A DNA stretch of 64,000 nt, taken from contig NC_134478.1 of NCBI RefSeq assembly GCF_964194025.1, positions 12,710,001 to 12,774,000 of the forward strand. The letters run 5' to 3'. Of this stretch, positions 21,963-33,066 are shown one piece after another. A program made the position numbers and the translations under genes. Below the pieces are notes generated by a model. The model was not told the origin of the DNA. It saw nothing but the letters and a program-made list of their open reading frames with translations, and made no database searches. The DNA is from Convolutriloba macropyga (taxonomy: Eukaryota). Numbering within the stretch: the stretch's first letter is position 1; every line of letters starts with the position of its first letter.

Positions 21963-22539
21963 ATTGGTTTGATACTACTACTCTCACTACTCGTGTAAAC
22001 AACACAATAGGCACGCAACTAGCCGAGATCTGAAAGATGAATTAAACAATGTCAAAACAACAAGTCCATAGATTTAGTGAACATAATATTAAAATTAATC
22101 AGCTCTTGTTGCGATTAGAACAGTTGCATAATTTACGCCACAGTTTTGTTGATAAAACTACGAGTTTATGCCACTTTTTAATCTCCATATTTGCTATAAA
22201 AATAGCGCAATAAAAGAGTGAAATAAACTCGTATTTCCGTTAAACAAAGCAATTTTGGTGTATATTATTCGGCATTTAATTTTAAAAATAACTCAACAGT
22301 TTTTAAATACCATCTTATCCTTAATCGTTGTAGATCGACAATAAGCAACTTTGAGATTAAGAATGGCTAACGGTTCCAGTGCAACATGAACAAGACATCT
22401 CAAAATAAGCATCTAAAGCAAAAACTGATCATATGACCGAAAGTTTTATCCTAACTAGAATTTACTAAAATCAAAAATATCAAAATCAAATACAATCAAA
22501 TCATTATGAATCAAATTCAGTTTCATGAATCAAAATTTT

Positions 22540-25500
22540 TCAAGCCTGCGCAGCTGGAGTGACTGGCCTTTTAATTTTCTTAGCAGATACCGAAGGCAAG
22601 TCCACTTTTCCAGTAGTAAGTTGCTCCATTTTAGCACTCATCAAATCGCGAACTATACACTGAGACAAACATGAACTTTGAGGCATCGTTGTTGAACTGT
22701 TGGTTTTATTCGGTCTCTTTTCAACTTTTCTAGCTGCTCGCTCTTTCACTTTTGCCTCATCATCGTCATCTAGCAAAACAAACTCTTCAAAAATTGGTTC
22801 CGGTAAAGTTTTCTGAGTAGCCCCCACTTGCTCAAAGCCATTTCCGGAACTTTCTGCATTTTGGTCAGGTCTAAATTTTAAATCAGTATTTTCAGTGATA
22901 AGAATTTCTTCAAACGGACCAATAAGCGCCTCTGGAATTGGTTGGTCTTTGAAAAAGAGACTAAATTCGTCGATCAACAGAGGGTTAAATTCAATCAAAG
23001 GAGTGACATTGTTCCATATAGACGTTTCGTCAACAGAACTGGACGCAAATGTGTCCAAGATAACATTAAAAAGTTTCGGGTTCTGGTACGTACACAATTC
23101 CACTTTTTGAAGAAACAATTTGGCGCGTTCAAAAGCCCGATATTCGAAATATAAGCCCAGAAGTAAAGCCGTGTTTAGATCGACGATTTTAGCCAATTGG
23201 AAGTACAAATTCGGACAAACAGCAAACAAAGCTTTAATTTCTTCGACTTTCATTTCAGAAGCATCGTTTTTGATATCGAGTTGGCCAAGTGAACTCAAAA
23301 ATAACTCAAAATGATCGTCTCCTAACGCATCATAAATATTTGAAAGCAACTCTTCTTTCAAACTTTCAATCCGGCTTTCCAATTCAGGAGTAATTTCAGG
23401 ATTAAAAGATTGCCGAACAAATAACACCATCGAGGAGAAACTTCTCTTACTTTGCTGCCAATTTTTCCTACGTTTAATGGTTCGTTTTTGAGCAGGTGCT
23501 TCGTTTGAAAAATGATACTGCTGGTTTGCAATTGGCCCAAAACTTTGATTTTGTGGGTTCAAAACTGGCTCAGATATCATTTTCACGTTCTCAGAAAAAT
23601 TCCTGGAGAATTTAGAAGGTGAGTTAACTTTGATAATTTTCTTGGGCGAGCCAGTAAGGGATGTTTTGATTGCTCGTTTGACCAGTTTATCGCTTATAAT
23701 TTTTGCAGGGCTTTTTCGGAATTTTTGGGGCGATTTTGACAGTAAAATTTTATCTGGTTGCGGGTACTCTAACGTCTCTTCATTCACAGCTACAAACTCG
23801 GAGCTGTTTCCTTCGTTCGGATCTGAACTGTCAAACTCGGGCTCTATTCCTTGCTCATTAAATTCTTGATCGACAACGACAGGTTCGACGACGTCTTGAT
23901 TGCCGACGACTTCGTCTACCTCTGGTTCCGCGTCTTCATTCGCGAATGTTTTTCTCAGTTTGTCAGAAAATTCCAGAACATTATTCTGACACGATCTGAC
24001 AAACTGTTTGCCTTGATCATTATCTAAGTATCTCAATATTTGCATCCACATTGGTAACGGCCACTCTGGGTGCTCAGAGACCATTTCAAAAGGAGCCTTC
24101 ATCTCATCTTTCCTCATCCAGCTTACATCCACCGGCAGCGGTGGCAGCTCTTTGTACATGTCCAGATACTTGACAGGATTTGGGACTGCCGATTGCAGGA
24201 GAAAATAGTATCGCCTCATAATTCGCTTTGCACTCCTCATCGGAAGTAATTGTCGACTTATAAGCTCACACACTTTCTGCATAGTGAGTAACATTCGTCC
24301 ATTCCTGTCTGGAATCATGGCGAGGTCCGACACACCAAGAGCTATCAAACAATCTTCGGGATCTGACCATCTAGGGTTAAAAATTTTATCGGGCTTGATT
24401 TTCGAGGGGCAGAAAAAGACGTAGGGCAGCAACTCTCGGTACATAAACACTTCAGAATACAGCATAACTCTAAGAAGTGGATTTGGCAACCCTCCTCTTG
24501 CTTGGGGTTGATAAGGGAATGGGTGGCTCACAATTTTAGAAGCCATTTCTAAATTATCCACTGTTATATGGTCGAAGTATTCGTGTTTACTGTTATGCAA
24601 TTGCAAAATTATATCACGACTGGCGTCAGAAACGTGCTGCCAGTTTTTCAATGTCTTCGAGAGTAAAAAATTTTGAGTAACGAGTTGAGTGAATTGTTGC
24701 AACTGTTGTTTCAAAGTATCATGCAGTAAATCAAGGGTCCAACTATTGTTAAATTTCGTTTTATTCATATTCTTGTTTACTCGCTTTGAGTGAGAGATTT
24801 TAGGCAAAATTATTGTTTTGCAAATTGATCTCAGATCAACCTTTTTCTTAATTCCCAGGTAGTTGAGAGTTTCTTGTACCAAAGCCTCCTTTTCCTCTTG
24901 AGGAATTTCAAACTTACGAGTAAATTTTTCCAATTTGTCTTTACGCAATTCCGCTTTATAAACGTATAAGTTATAATCAAAATCAGGATCGGAATCTTGA
25001 CTGTCTGATTCGTTTGACAGGTGTTCAACCTCCCCTTCGGATGCTAACCCTCTTAGCCAGTGCTTCCAAGTGACATCATCCTCATCAACTTGACTGGATG
25101 GTGTGGGAACCGAAAAATTGTCATCATTTAAAGAAAAACTTTCTGATCTTCGAGAGCTGCAAGCATTAATAACGTCATCAAAAGTTTGCCCACTTTCAGT
25201 CTCGTCGAAGTTCATAGGCAGTTCAAATTTGTTTATATCTTCACGTTCGAGGTTTAGCCGCTTTCGTGTTCGCGAAGCAATCGTTTCAAGAGAAGGTGCA
25301 GCCGACTCGGATTGCGTTTTTGGCGAGTTCTGGATATTCGAAAGCAGCTCTGCGACATCTGGCAGCTCGAAATCTGGATCCATTTCGTCATCTTCTTCAA
25401 CCTCTGTTTCCTCGAGCGACGTAGAACCAACATCTTGGATGTTATCGAGAAGTTCATTTTCGAAAAGAGAATTTTGATTTTGCAGCGGCGCGTCTAGCAG

Positions 25501-25986
25501 CGCCAAAAAAGAATTGTTCAACAAATCCTCATCTTCTACAGGTGGGAGTTTGCGCTTTTGAGCACGAGTTTTAACTTGAGTGGGAACTGGGGAAGCAGGT
25601 GGTGCTTCCACGAGAGGCGGAAGTTTTCCTTGATTGTCATCAGTTTGTTCACTAGCCAGAAATTCTTCAGACAGCAAACTTTGGACAAGAGGGCTTCTAA
25701 TAACAGCGTAAATGAAGTTGACCACATTACTGCCTTTGAGACTGAATTTGAACTTTTTGGTTTTAAGGCTTTGGTCGATATCTAGATTCAGGAATCTTTC
25801 TTCCTCCTCTTCAGTCAGTTTGGGCAGCCTATAACCGTGATGCAGGTCGTGCATTCCTCGCCTGTTACCCGATTTGTTCAAACGCATTGGTTGTTCCTTA
25901 GTTTTGCCCTGATTAGTAGCATTGCCGGTGGTCGCTACTTCTGAGTATTTTGTCCCCAGCTGCGGCAGTGATGGCTTCTTCGACAT
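22540..25986 (-). CDS. GON4L: GON-4-like / YY1AP-related protein (GON4L/Mute orthologue), 1148 aa, single coding exon
   Basis: Colinear GON4L motifs: IASRTR, WKHWLRGL, DPDFDYN, LKQQLQQFTQLVTQ, FMYRELLP, EDCLIALG, and PAH-like FERAKLFLQKVELC...LIDEFSLFF. Confidence 0.8.
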   Translation of the reverse strand: MSKKPSLPQLGTKYSEVATTGNATNQGKTKEQPMRLNKSGNRRGMHDLHHGYRLPKLTEEEEERFLNLDIDQSLKTKKFKFSLKGSNVVNFIYAVIRSPLVQSLLSEEFLASEQTDDNQGKLPPLVEAPPASPVPTQVKTRAQKRKLPPVEDEDLLNNSFLALLDAPLQNQNSLFENELLDNIQDVGSTSLEETEVEEDDEMDPDFELPDVAELLSNIQNSPKTQSESAAPSLETIASRTRKRLNLEREDINKFELPMNFDETESGQTFDDVINACSSRRSESFSLNDDNFSVPTPSSQVDEDDVTWKHWLRGLASEGEVEHLSNESDSQDSDPDFDYNLYVYKAELRKDKLEKFTRKFEIPQEEKEALVQETLNYLGIKKKVDLRSICKTIILPKISHSKRVNKNMNKTKFNNSWTLDLLHDTLKQQLQQFTQLVTQNFLLSKTLKNWQHVSDASRDIILQLHNSKHEYFDHITVDNLEMASKIVSHPFPYQPQARGGLPNPLLRVMLYSEVFMYRELLPYVFFCPSKIKPDKIFNPRWSDPEDCLIALGVSDLAMIPDRNGRMLLTMQKVCELISRQLLPMRSAKRIMRRYYFLLQSAVPNPVKYLDMYKELPPLPVDVSWMRKDEMKAPFEMVSEHPEWPLPMWMQILRYLDNDQGKQFVRSCQNNVLEFSDKLRKTFANEDAEPEVDEVVGNQDVVEPVVVDQEFNEQGIEPEFDSSDPNEGNSSEFVAVNEETLEYPQPDKILLSKSPQKFRKSPAKIISDKLVKRAIKTSLTGSPKKIIKVNSPSKFSRNFSENVKMISEPVLNPQNQSFGPIANQQYHFSNEAPAQKRTIKRRKNWQQSKRSFSSMVLFVRQSFNPEITPELESRIESLKEELLSNIYDALGDDHFELFLSSLGQLDIKNDASEMKVEEIKALFAVCPNLYFQLAKIVDLNTALLLGLYFEYRAFERAKLFLQKVELCTYQNPKLFNVILDTFASSSVDETSIWNNVTPLIEFNPLLIDEFSLFFKDQPIPEALIGPFEEILITENTDLKFRPDQNAESSGNGFEQVGATQKTLPEPIFEEFVLLDDDDEAKVKERAARKVEKRPNKTNSSTTMPQSSCLSQCIVRDLMSAKMEQLTTGKVDLPSVSAKKIKRPVTPAAQA

Positions 25987-26777
25987 TTTGCCAAATTAAC
26001 TACCCTATAGCTATCTGAAAAGGAAAAAGAAAATAAACATTACTTTCCACAAGAATTACGAGCGTATACCGGTATGAAAAAACTAGATACAAAAAGAATG
26101 TTGCCGTCACTTCCTCTTGTCTTTTGACACGTGGTTAAAAAAGGAAAAAGTGACATGTGGATAAAAAAGTGAGTTAATTTACTCGCAAAATTAGGTACCA
26201 GTAGAAGCTAGTAATGAGGCGAACATAATACAAAAATGACCAATTTATGGCTAAAACAAACATTCAGAAACAAACGAGTTATGTAACTAATTATATCAGC
26301 CATAGTATTTATGTATTGATGATGCAAACGCCACCGCCTAAGTTTTATAACCAGAGTTTACTAAAATAGACGCTTACGCAAAGAAAATAATACCATTTTA
26401 CTGAAAATTTTATTCATCATGTCCCAAAATCAGAATTAGCCAGAACATGTAATAGAGGATTCGAAACGACTTCAGATCATTTTAGCTATATTAGTTACAA
26501 ACTTAAGTGTTCGCACTCAAATATCAGAAATGCTTCTAATGCAACTCGATATCTAGGACACCAAAATTAGTCCTCCAAAAAACCAGAAAACGAACACCGT
26601 AATTTTAAACTGTAATGACTCGACGAAGCCTGCGTAATAAAATTAAATTAATATCAAATTTGAAAACTAAAAAGCTACTTATCAAAATGGCTACTTAATT
26701 ACTTGATTAATATGATTAAACCCAAACGATCATTGTCAAATACACTTGATTAATGAAATACACGTAATGAGCACCAG

Positions 26778-29700
26778 TTATTGGAGAAGATCATCAGGCG
26801 CCGCAAATTTGATTTTCATTTTGCGGATAATGTCCAATCGTTTCTGCCAATTGTTGCAATAATCCAAATTCTTTTCTTTGAACAGGTACCCGTGACACGC
26901 CATGCTTGCATGCAGAGCCATTTGTCGAACAAACATTGACAAGTTTCCGTCTGAAATGATCTTTTCCTCTTTGGCCGCGTGAAGAACCCAGGGTTCCAAC
27001 TCCCGTTTGCAGATTAATTTGACCGAATTCCGCTTCGCATCTGTTGGCGTCACGACAATGCTAACGAAGTTCAGCTCAGTTTTTATAATCGAGTTTGAAA
27101 GCCTTGGCGTTTTTGTATCATTGTACAAAATCAGAACGGCATCGTTGCCGAGGAGACCTTTCTTCCGGTTGCAATCGGGATCATCATTCGGATCCGGAGT
27201 CGGGATCAGTGTCGCAACATGAAACATCATTTGGAACAAATCATCGATCCAGCAAATTGCCAGTTTTCCATCTCGTTCATGTTGCGATTTATCCAATCCC
27301 GCATTGTAAACTTTCTGTTCTTTGTTGCATTCTGAAAGAGTTACTACCGATCCCAAGCTTCTGATAAATTCGGTGTATCTTTCACTTCCACAAATATTAG
27401 ACAATACGGCACTTTCGTCAAACTCCTGACCTTCCGCTACGTACAATACTCCGACTTTGTGCGTATTAAAAGGCAGACAATTATCAAAATAATTCAACTC
27501 ATCCTTCAAGTCTTCTGAATCTGGTAAACAAAATATTGGGTTCGAGTTACCTCTCTTGCTGTCCAAATTTGAATCTCGACCTTTATTTTTCTCAAAAGAC
27601 TGCTGATGGATAGCTCCAATCAGTTGATAGAAAACGGTCGAAGGATTACTGAAGTCAAAGTTTGACGACTTTGTCAAATCCGAGTTCGAAGAGTTTAGAC
27701 CTCGAGTCACTATTCTCTGTCTGATCCTAGAAGGTGCAACGTTTCCAGTTGCAACAACTGAAGATGCATGACGTTTCTTTATTATTGCTTCCTTCGATTC
27801 ACGCTGGCTCTGTGCTTGATTCATTCCGTAAATTGCGTTACTGTTTAAACTTCTCACAATACGAATATCGTTCGAAGCGATATCGTCAAGAGAGCGAGAT
27901 CTGAGCATGTTTGAGAAGTCAAACGAAACTTTAGGCTTCCCTCCAGATCCTGAGACGGACGGCCGCTGCACTTCAGTTGTCATCGTGAAAGTGCTTCCTG
28001 TAGAAATGCATTCCATCTCGGTACTCTCGCTTATTCCACAAAAATCGGTGCTTCCACAACTTGAAGCAGCAGTCGATTGTTGGCTGTAATCACTGGAACT
28101 GTTCACAACACCAACTAAAAGAGAACTCAGATTTTCCAAACCAAAATCACTGGTTACTAATGAGCTGGTACCGCCCTGACTTTGGGTTCTAAGAAGATAC
28201 GACAGGTCACCCGTAGCTGTTCTAACATACACTTCCGCCCACCTCGAAATCCAACACGGACAATGCTTCACAGCTTCGTTTGAAGTCAAGAACGTCGGCA
28301 ATTTAGTTCTCTCACGTTCGCAAGTCTGCAGACCTTGTTTCGCGTGAGGTGTTTGAGGAGTCGATTTATGTCTCTGTCTATCAACTTTGGGCTTCGGTTC
28401 TCTTTTCAAGACCTCATTGGCTCTTTGATTGCAGTCGCCACAAAGACCGTTTGATTCCAACTGAGCGCTATTTCCACTAGTTGTGATTGTTATGATCCGA
28501 TTATTTACAACCCAAGTTCGAGAAACTCCATTTGACAACAAGAATTTGCTGATCTCGCATCGCTTTGGTTGTGCCAGAGTTTCGCAGAATACATGACGTA
28601 AAATCACATCCATACAAATTTCAAGTGCATCAATTTGTAAACTTAAAATTTCGCTCAGACTGGACTTGGACGAGTCCGATTTGGTGATCAATTTTTCAGC
28701 CGCCTCAAAACTATCTCTTGATGTCTCCGTCGATGTTTCGGCATTGGCTTTACCCGGCTGATCAGTTTTCGAAGAGTTTCTCAAATGTTCAGCATACTGC
28801 AACTTTTTCTGTAAATTTGCGATTCGGTTCTGAAGTTCTTTTAGAATCAGTTTCTTCAGTTGAACCCGAAATGCTACCTTACACTTCAAGAACCACACAC
28901 AAACTAAGTTAAGAGCAACTTCTACGCAATATTTAGAGTACAGTTCATAGTCTACAAATTGCAAAATTATGGTCAAAATCTGTTTGTGGTCTTCATTGGT
29001 CAAATTATGGTGCAGAGAGGGCAACTGTGATAGCATGAAAATCAGGTCTAGCGCTGGAACCGACATTGTTCGAGAACTTCTGACCAAGAAAATGTTGGAC
29101 AAAATTGTGGGTAGCCACTTAATGCAAATGTCGGGGCACTCCATGAAACAAACTGACAACGCACAAAGACACGTCACACCATACTTGGAATCCTGAATGG
29201 CACTAGTCAAACACTCGACAATTCTTCTTGCTTTAGCTCCTAAAGGGTACGTAACTAAACAAATCAAACACTGGAAAACTAGACTTCGAAAGTTACCGAA
29301 TGTTTCTAAATAACTGGAAGAAGTTTCAGCGCTGGAAAAGAATCGAAATTTGAACCCGGTTGGTTTCAAATCGATTAGAATACAGAGTTCGATAACTAAC
29401 TGCTCCAGATATGTTCTGCCTAATGATATGGTACCCAAATCATCGTTACCCTCGATAACATTTACTTCCACAATCTTTCTATGAAAAATTCTCTCAACGG
29501 GTTCCTGGCACTGCAGAAAGGGAGGAACCGATCTGACCAGCTCCTCAAAAATCCTATAATCCTTTTGCTCTTTCAAGGAATTGAACAGAAGTTTGAGGCC
29601 TAGAGTCAATGCATTTTCCACACTCACAATCGAATTTTTTTCTGGCATACACAGCATTGCATCGTGCAATTTCAGGAGGTCGGAGCGGATCAAGAATTTC

Positions 29701-31454
29701 GACAGCTTCACTTGCAAGTCCGGGGTCCAGAACTTGAGAGCAGTTAAACGCAGTAACGCATGCCCAAACGCAAGAAGTACATCAGATATTGCTTGTATTT
29801 CTTCGGAAGATGATTTTATTTCATGCTGACTAATTGCAATAATTTGATCACTTAACATCAGTGTTCTTTGCAAAAATGTTGTCAAGAGTATTCTATGACT
29901 TGGTGCTGCGGTCGAAAAATCTTGTGATTCTAGAATCTTGGCGAACGATTTCATGAACGATGAAAAATCACACATTTTGTATGTTAGGTAATCAAAATAG
30001 TATGTCAGAATTAAAGTTGCATGATCGTCGTCTAAAGCCAACCAATCTACTTTTGCAACGCAGCAAAGCGTAACTTCGTGAATCTCTTCAACATGTAGTA
30101 TGAATAATCTGTTGGTCCTGAATTCTGATAACTTTCGGAAGAGAATGTTCAGTTCAACTGTTTCCGCATTTTGCGAGAGAGCTCCAAATTTGTTCAAATA
30201 AAACTCATACCTAGGTATCCATTTGTCATCAAGGACTCTGTTACATAAGAACAAAAAATCAAAGGCCTCTGTCAAAAATTTGATTGATAGAAAGTTTAAA
30301 CCAACGTCCACAACTTCTAGAAACGTCAACACCTCGAAACCAGTCGGTCGTAATGTAAAGTGAGCCAGTTCCTCAGAGAAGAAATATTCCAGTTGAGTTG
30401 CAACTTGGTTCAGAACTTTGACTTCACTTTGCTTTTCTCGATACAAACAAAGTGATAATATGTTGAGAACCTCTGGTAGTTCCGAAGTGACTATTGGAGC
30501 TTTGTCATTCACACGTTCGACTATCTTACCGAGATTTAATGTAACTTTACATATAGAAGAATCGATGTCTCGTTCAGTTTGGTCCACCGAAATTTTCTCA
30601 ACAACTTTATAAAGAGTATCACAAACGCCAGTAATGTCAATTTCAATTCTTGGGTTTTCAATCAAAGTCAGATAATGGTCAATAAACTGCACACGTAAAA
30701 AGCTTAATTCAAGGTTTTTTAACAACACATTATAAAACCTTAAAGCACTACTGCCCCAGTGCGGTGTTCCTTTCACACAAGCCAGGAAATTTAAAACCGC
30801 TTGAAGACTGCTTGAGTTAGCTTTGGTCACTAGGTGAACAATCTGCTCTATTGATTCAGAACAAAACACACCAGAATCATTTGTTAAAAAATCTAGCACC
30901 AAGTTGGCAGAAATTTTGAACCTGTCTTCGCTATTAACATTGAACTGCAGATGACATATTAGAACTTCAATAAACTGACAGCGAAATTGATGACCAAACA
31001 ACTGGCCATGCTTTTTCAAATTTTGATTTATCAGCAACACCAGTTCATCGGATAGACACAAATGCACGATTCCGGCAAATGACGCAACAAAGAGCTCCAG
31101 GACGTTCACCAATTCTATTTCAAACTCTGGCACATCGATTTCTTCCAGGAGAAGCGTTGCTAGTTTGATTATGTGCCTCCAAATAGATTCATTCCAGGTA
31201 TCGAGTTCATCGAAATTACGACACAAGAAATGAAGCAAGCATTTCTTGACAAAACTCGACGATTTCTTTCGATAATGAACCTCACGCGTAAATGACACTA
31301 TTTCCGACCAGACTTCATCGGCGTCAGTAGCAGACACATCCGTGAGCGGTGCCCAAATGGAAGCAAATTCATTCTCATTCAGTTTCAGAGTTTCCAAATT
31401 GGATGTCAAATCCTTCAGTCGTTTCAAATGTTGGTCCAGTTTGGCTTCATTTTC
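26778..31454 (-). CDS. TSC2: Tuberin (TSC complex GAP subunit), main exon; the 5' exon(s) lie upstream
   Basis: TSC2-specific SRTWVVNNRIITITTSG and WAEVYVRTATGDLSYLL. Rap-GAP domain THKVGVLYV...GSERY...FHVATL...LGND and C-terminal WQKRL. No in-frame ATG near the ORF start; candidate acceptor tttgttaag|GAA at 31454. Confidence 0.93.
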   Translation of the reverse strand, partial: ENEAKLDQHLKRLKDLTSNLETLKLNENEFASIWAPLTDVSATDADEVWSEIVSFTREVHYRKKSSSFVKKCLLHFLCRNFDELDTWNESIWRHIIKLATLLLEEIDVPEFEIELVNVLELFVASFAGIVHLCLSDELVLLINQNLKKHGQLFGHQFRCQFIEVLICHLQFNVNSEDRFKISANLVLDFLTNDSGVFCSESIEQIVHLVTKANSSSLQAVLNFLACVKGTPHWGSSALRFYNVLLKNLELSFLRVQFIDHYLTLIENPRIEIDITGVCDTLYKVVEKISVDQTERDIDSSICKVTLNLGKIVERVNDKAPIVTSELPEVLNILSLCLYREKQSEVKVLNQVATQLEYFFSEELAHFTLRPTGFEVLTFLEVVDVGLNFLSIKFLTEAFDFLFLCNRVLDDKWIPRYEFYLNKFGALSQNAETVELNILFRKLSEFRTNRLFILHVEEIHEVTLCCVAKVDWLALDDDHATLILTYYFDYLTYKMCDFSSFMKSFAKILESQDFSTAAPSHRILLTTFLQRTLMLSDQIIAISQHEIKSSSEEIQAISDVLLAFGHALLRLTALKFWTPDLQVKLSKFLIRSDLLKLHDAMLCMPEKNSIVSVENALTLGLKLLFNSLKEQKDYRIFEELVRSVPPFLQCQEPVERIFHRKIVEVNVIEGNDDLGTISLGRTYLEQLVIELCILIDLKPTGFKFRFFSSAETSSSYLETFGNFRSLVFQCLICLVTYPLGAKARRIVECLTSAIQDSKYGVTCLCALSVCFMECPDICIKWLPTILSNIFLVRSSRTMSVPALDLIFMLSQLPSLHHNLTNEDHKQILTIILQFVDYELYSKYCVEVALNLVCVWFLKCKVAFRVQLKKLILKELQNRIANLQKKLQYAEHLRNSSKTDQPGKANAETSTETSRDSFEAAEKLITKSDSSKSSLSEILSLQIDALEICMDVILRHVFCETLAQPKRCEISKFLLSNGVSRTWVVNNRIITITTSGNSAQLESNGLCGDCNQRANEVLKREPKPKVDRQRHKSTPQTPHAKQGLQTCERERTKLPTFLTSNEAVKHCPCWISRWAEVYVRTATGDLSYLLRTQSQGGTSSLVTSDFGLENLSSLLVGVVNSSSDYSQQSTAASSCGSTDFCGISESTEMECISTGSTFTMTTEVQRPSVSGSGGKPKVSFDFSNMLRSRSLDDIASNDIRIVRSLNSNAIYGMNQAQSQRESKEAIIKKRHASSVVATGNVAPSRIRQRIVTRGLNSSNSDLTKSSNFDFSNPSTVFYQLIGAIHQQSFEKNKGRDSNLDSKRGNSNPIFCLPDSEDLKDELNYFDNCLPFNTHKVGVLYVAEGQEFDESAVLSNICGSERYTEFIRSLGSVVTLSECNKEQKVYNAGLDKSQHERDGKLAICWIDDLFQMMFHVATLIPTPDPNDDPDCNRKKGLLGNDAVLILYNDTKTPRLSNSIIKTELNFVSIVVTPTDAKRNSVKLICKRELEPWVLHAAKEEKIISDGNLSMFVRQMALHASMACHGYLFKEKNLDYCNNWQKRLDIIRKMKIKFAAPDDLLQ

Positions 31455-32420
31455 CTTAACAAAAATGACGGATTTTCAAAAAAAAACTAATTAAAATTTC
31501 CGGCTTTAGATATCACTGAATTGTTAAGTAGAGTGGGTTACCTAACATATTGCACACTAAATTAATCAGATTGAGATGTCTGAATAAATTTTAAGAAAAC
31601 TAACCTCAATTTTTAGATCACGTCTGCAGTCCGGAGAAACTTTGTCAAACATAAGACACCTAAAGTAGTTGTCGAACATAAGACACCCCGTCACAACAAA
31701 CAATTTTTTTTCCTCCTTTTTGAAAAGGTGCCGGGAGTTAATAACAAAACTTCGAGTCTGATAGCAAGCCAAAAACTTGAAACTTGAACTATTTAAGTTC
31801 AAGTTTGAAGGATCGTCAATTAAAAACTTTATTACGAACGTTTTCGAACTGAGTTCATCATCAGGTTATAAAGAACACAAAATGCTTAAATGAAAAGCCA
31901 GAAAATAAAATGCAAATCACTTAAATCCACTCAGTCAATGAAATTAAAAACGAACTTTTAAATACCTACAGTCGTATCTACAAAAATTTACATCCAGATG
32001 TTTAAAAATGTTTAAACTAATGTTCCCGTTTCAGAAGCCATCGAAGATGCTCTGCGATGTCTTTACCCCAGCGATACCCCCTCCCAATATTGATAGTTCA
32101 ACGTTTAAGCTCCTATTCGAACTGGCTGTCACAAATGTTTATTCTAAAAGTAATGGTAACTGGAATTGCCAAAGGTTTGGCAATAGGCGCTTCCCTGCGT
32201 TATATTGTCCCAAATTTATATGAAAAGTTTTGAAGAGAATGAAAGTGCCAGAGGCTGTTGAAAAGCTAAGTCAATTATCAAATCCAACTTAAAGTTCTTC
32301 TAATTACAATAAGTGCTGAGATTGAGATGAGCTCTGGAGAAACAAAACTTCAAAACCAAAATGCTCTAACTGACATAAGCAAGTGTAGAACAGCAAAACT
32401 TGCACGGAAAATTTGAGAAC

Positions 32421-32937
32421 TGCTATCACATGAAGTGTCAAAATCTAAGTAAAGAGCAATACGAAAAAAATTTGAAATTTAACTCACTGATAACCACACT
32501 ACTATAGTAGCCAACCGTGCGCAATACTCTATGTCTTTGGCTAATTGAGCGTGGTTCTTGGTTAAAATGCAAAGTTAGAAGTAACATTGTCAAGAAGATT
32601 AAGGTAAAAAAAAGTTTGTTTAAATAAACTATGATTTAATAGAGTGGTTAGCTCTGATGGTAAGTTTGATGTTTAATGAATGAAAATAATCCTCGTTTTG
32701 ATCGGTGCCCAATATCGGTTCTATCATCGTGGTAAATTAACCAAGTCAACAAAGATATGTCAGTTTCGTTGATTTCGCTCGAAGCCCGAGCTTTGTCTAA
32801 TCACAGGTCTCTTCACTTTTCTGACACCTATCAATCTTGTGTCAGCCATAAAGCAAAAAAAACAAGTTTTAAACTAAATCTTTACCCTTGAAACCCCAGG
32901 CCTTTAGTACATCTTTTTTATATACGTGTGATACTCA
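32421..32937 (-). repeat. Putative 3' LTR of element 1
   Basis: Begins just after the polypurine tract and is bounded by the imperfect inverted repeat TGCTATCACA (32421) / TGTGATACTCA (32927-32937). No second LTR is present in the window to confirm it. Confidence 0.45.
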
Positions 32938-33066
32938 GACTGCCCCCTTTTAACAGGAATAGAGTGCACCACTCACGCAAAAATTAATAATATTTTTTGT
33001 TCACAGTTCTTGTTATGTGGACGTCCTAATATACAAAAATTTTGTAGAATCATAGGGACAGTTTGA

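Noticed and set aside
4888-26060. General SL trans-splicing/operon model suggested by co-oriented genes and an acceptor-like tttcAG just before most ATGs
   Set aside because: Plausible cis donors exist upstream (gtgagt at about 5126; 16778/16788; gtaatg 26043 or gtaatt 26057), and the RPL37 TCTTTC may be a TCT/TOP initiator. Ordinary 5'-UTR introns suffice, so only the RPP21 105-nt gap is kept as a finding.
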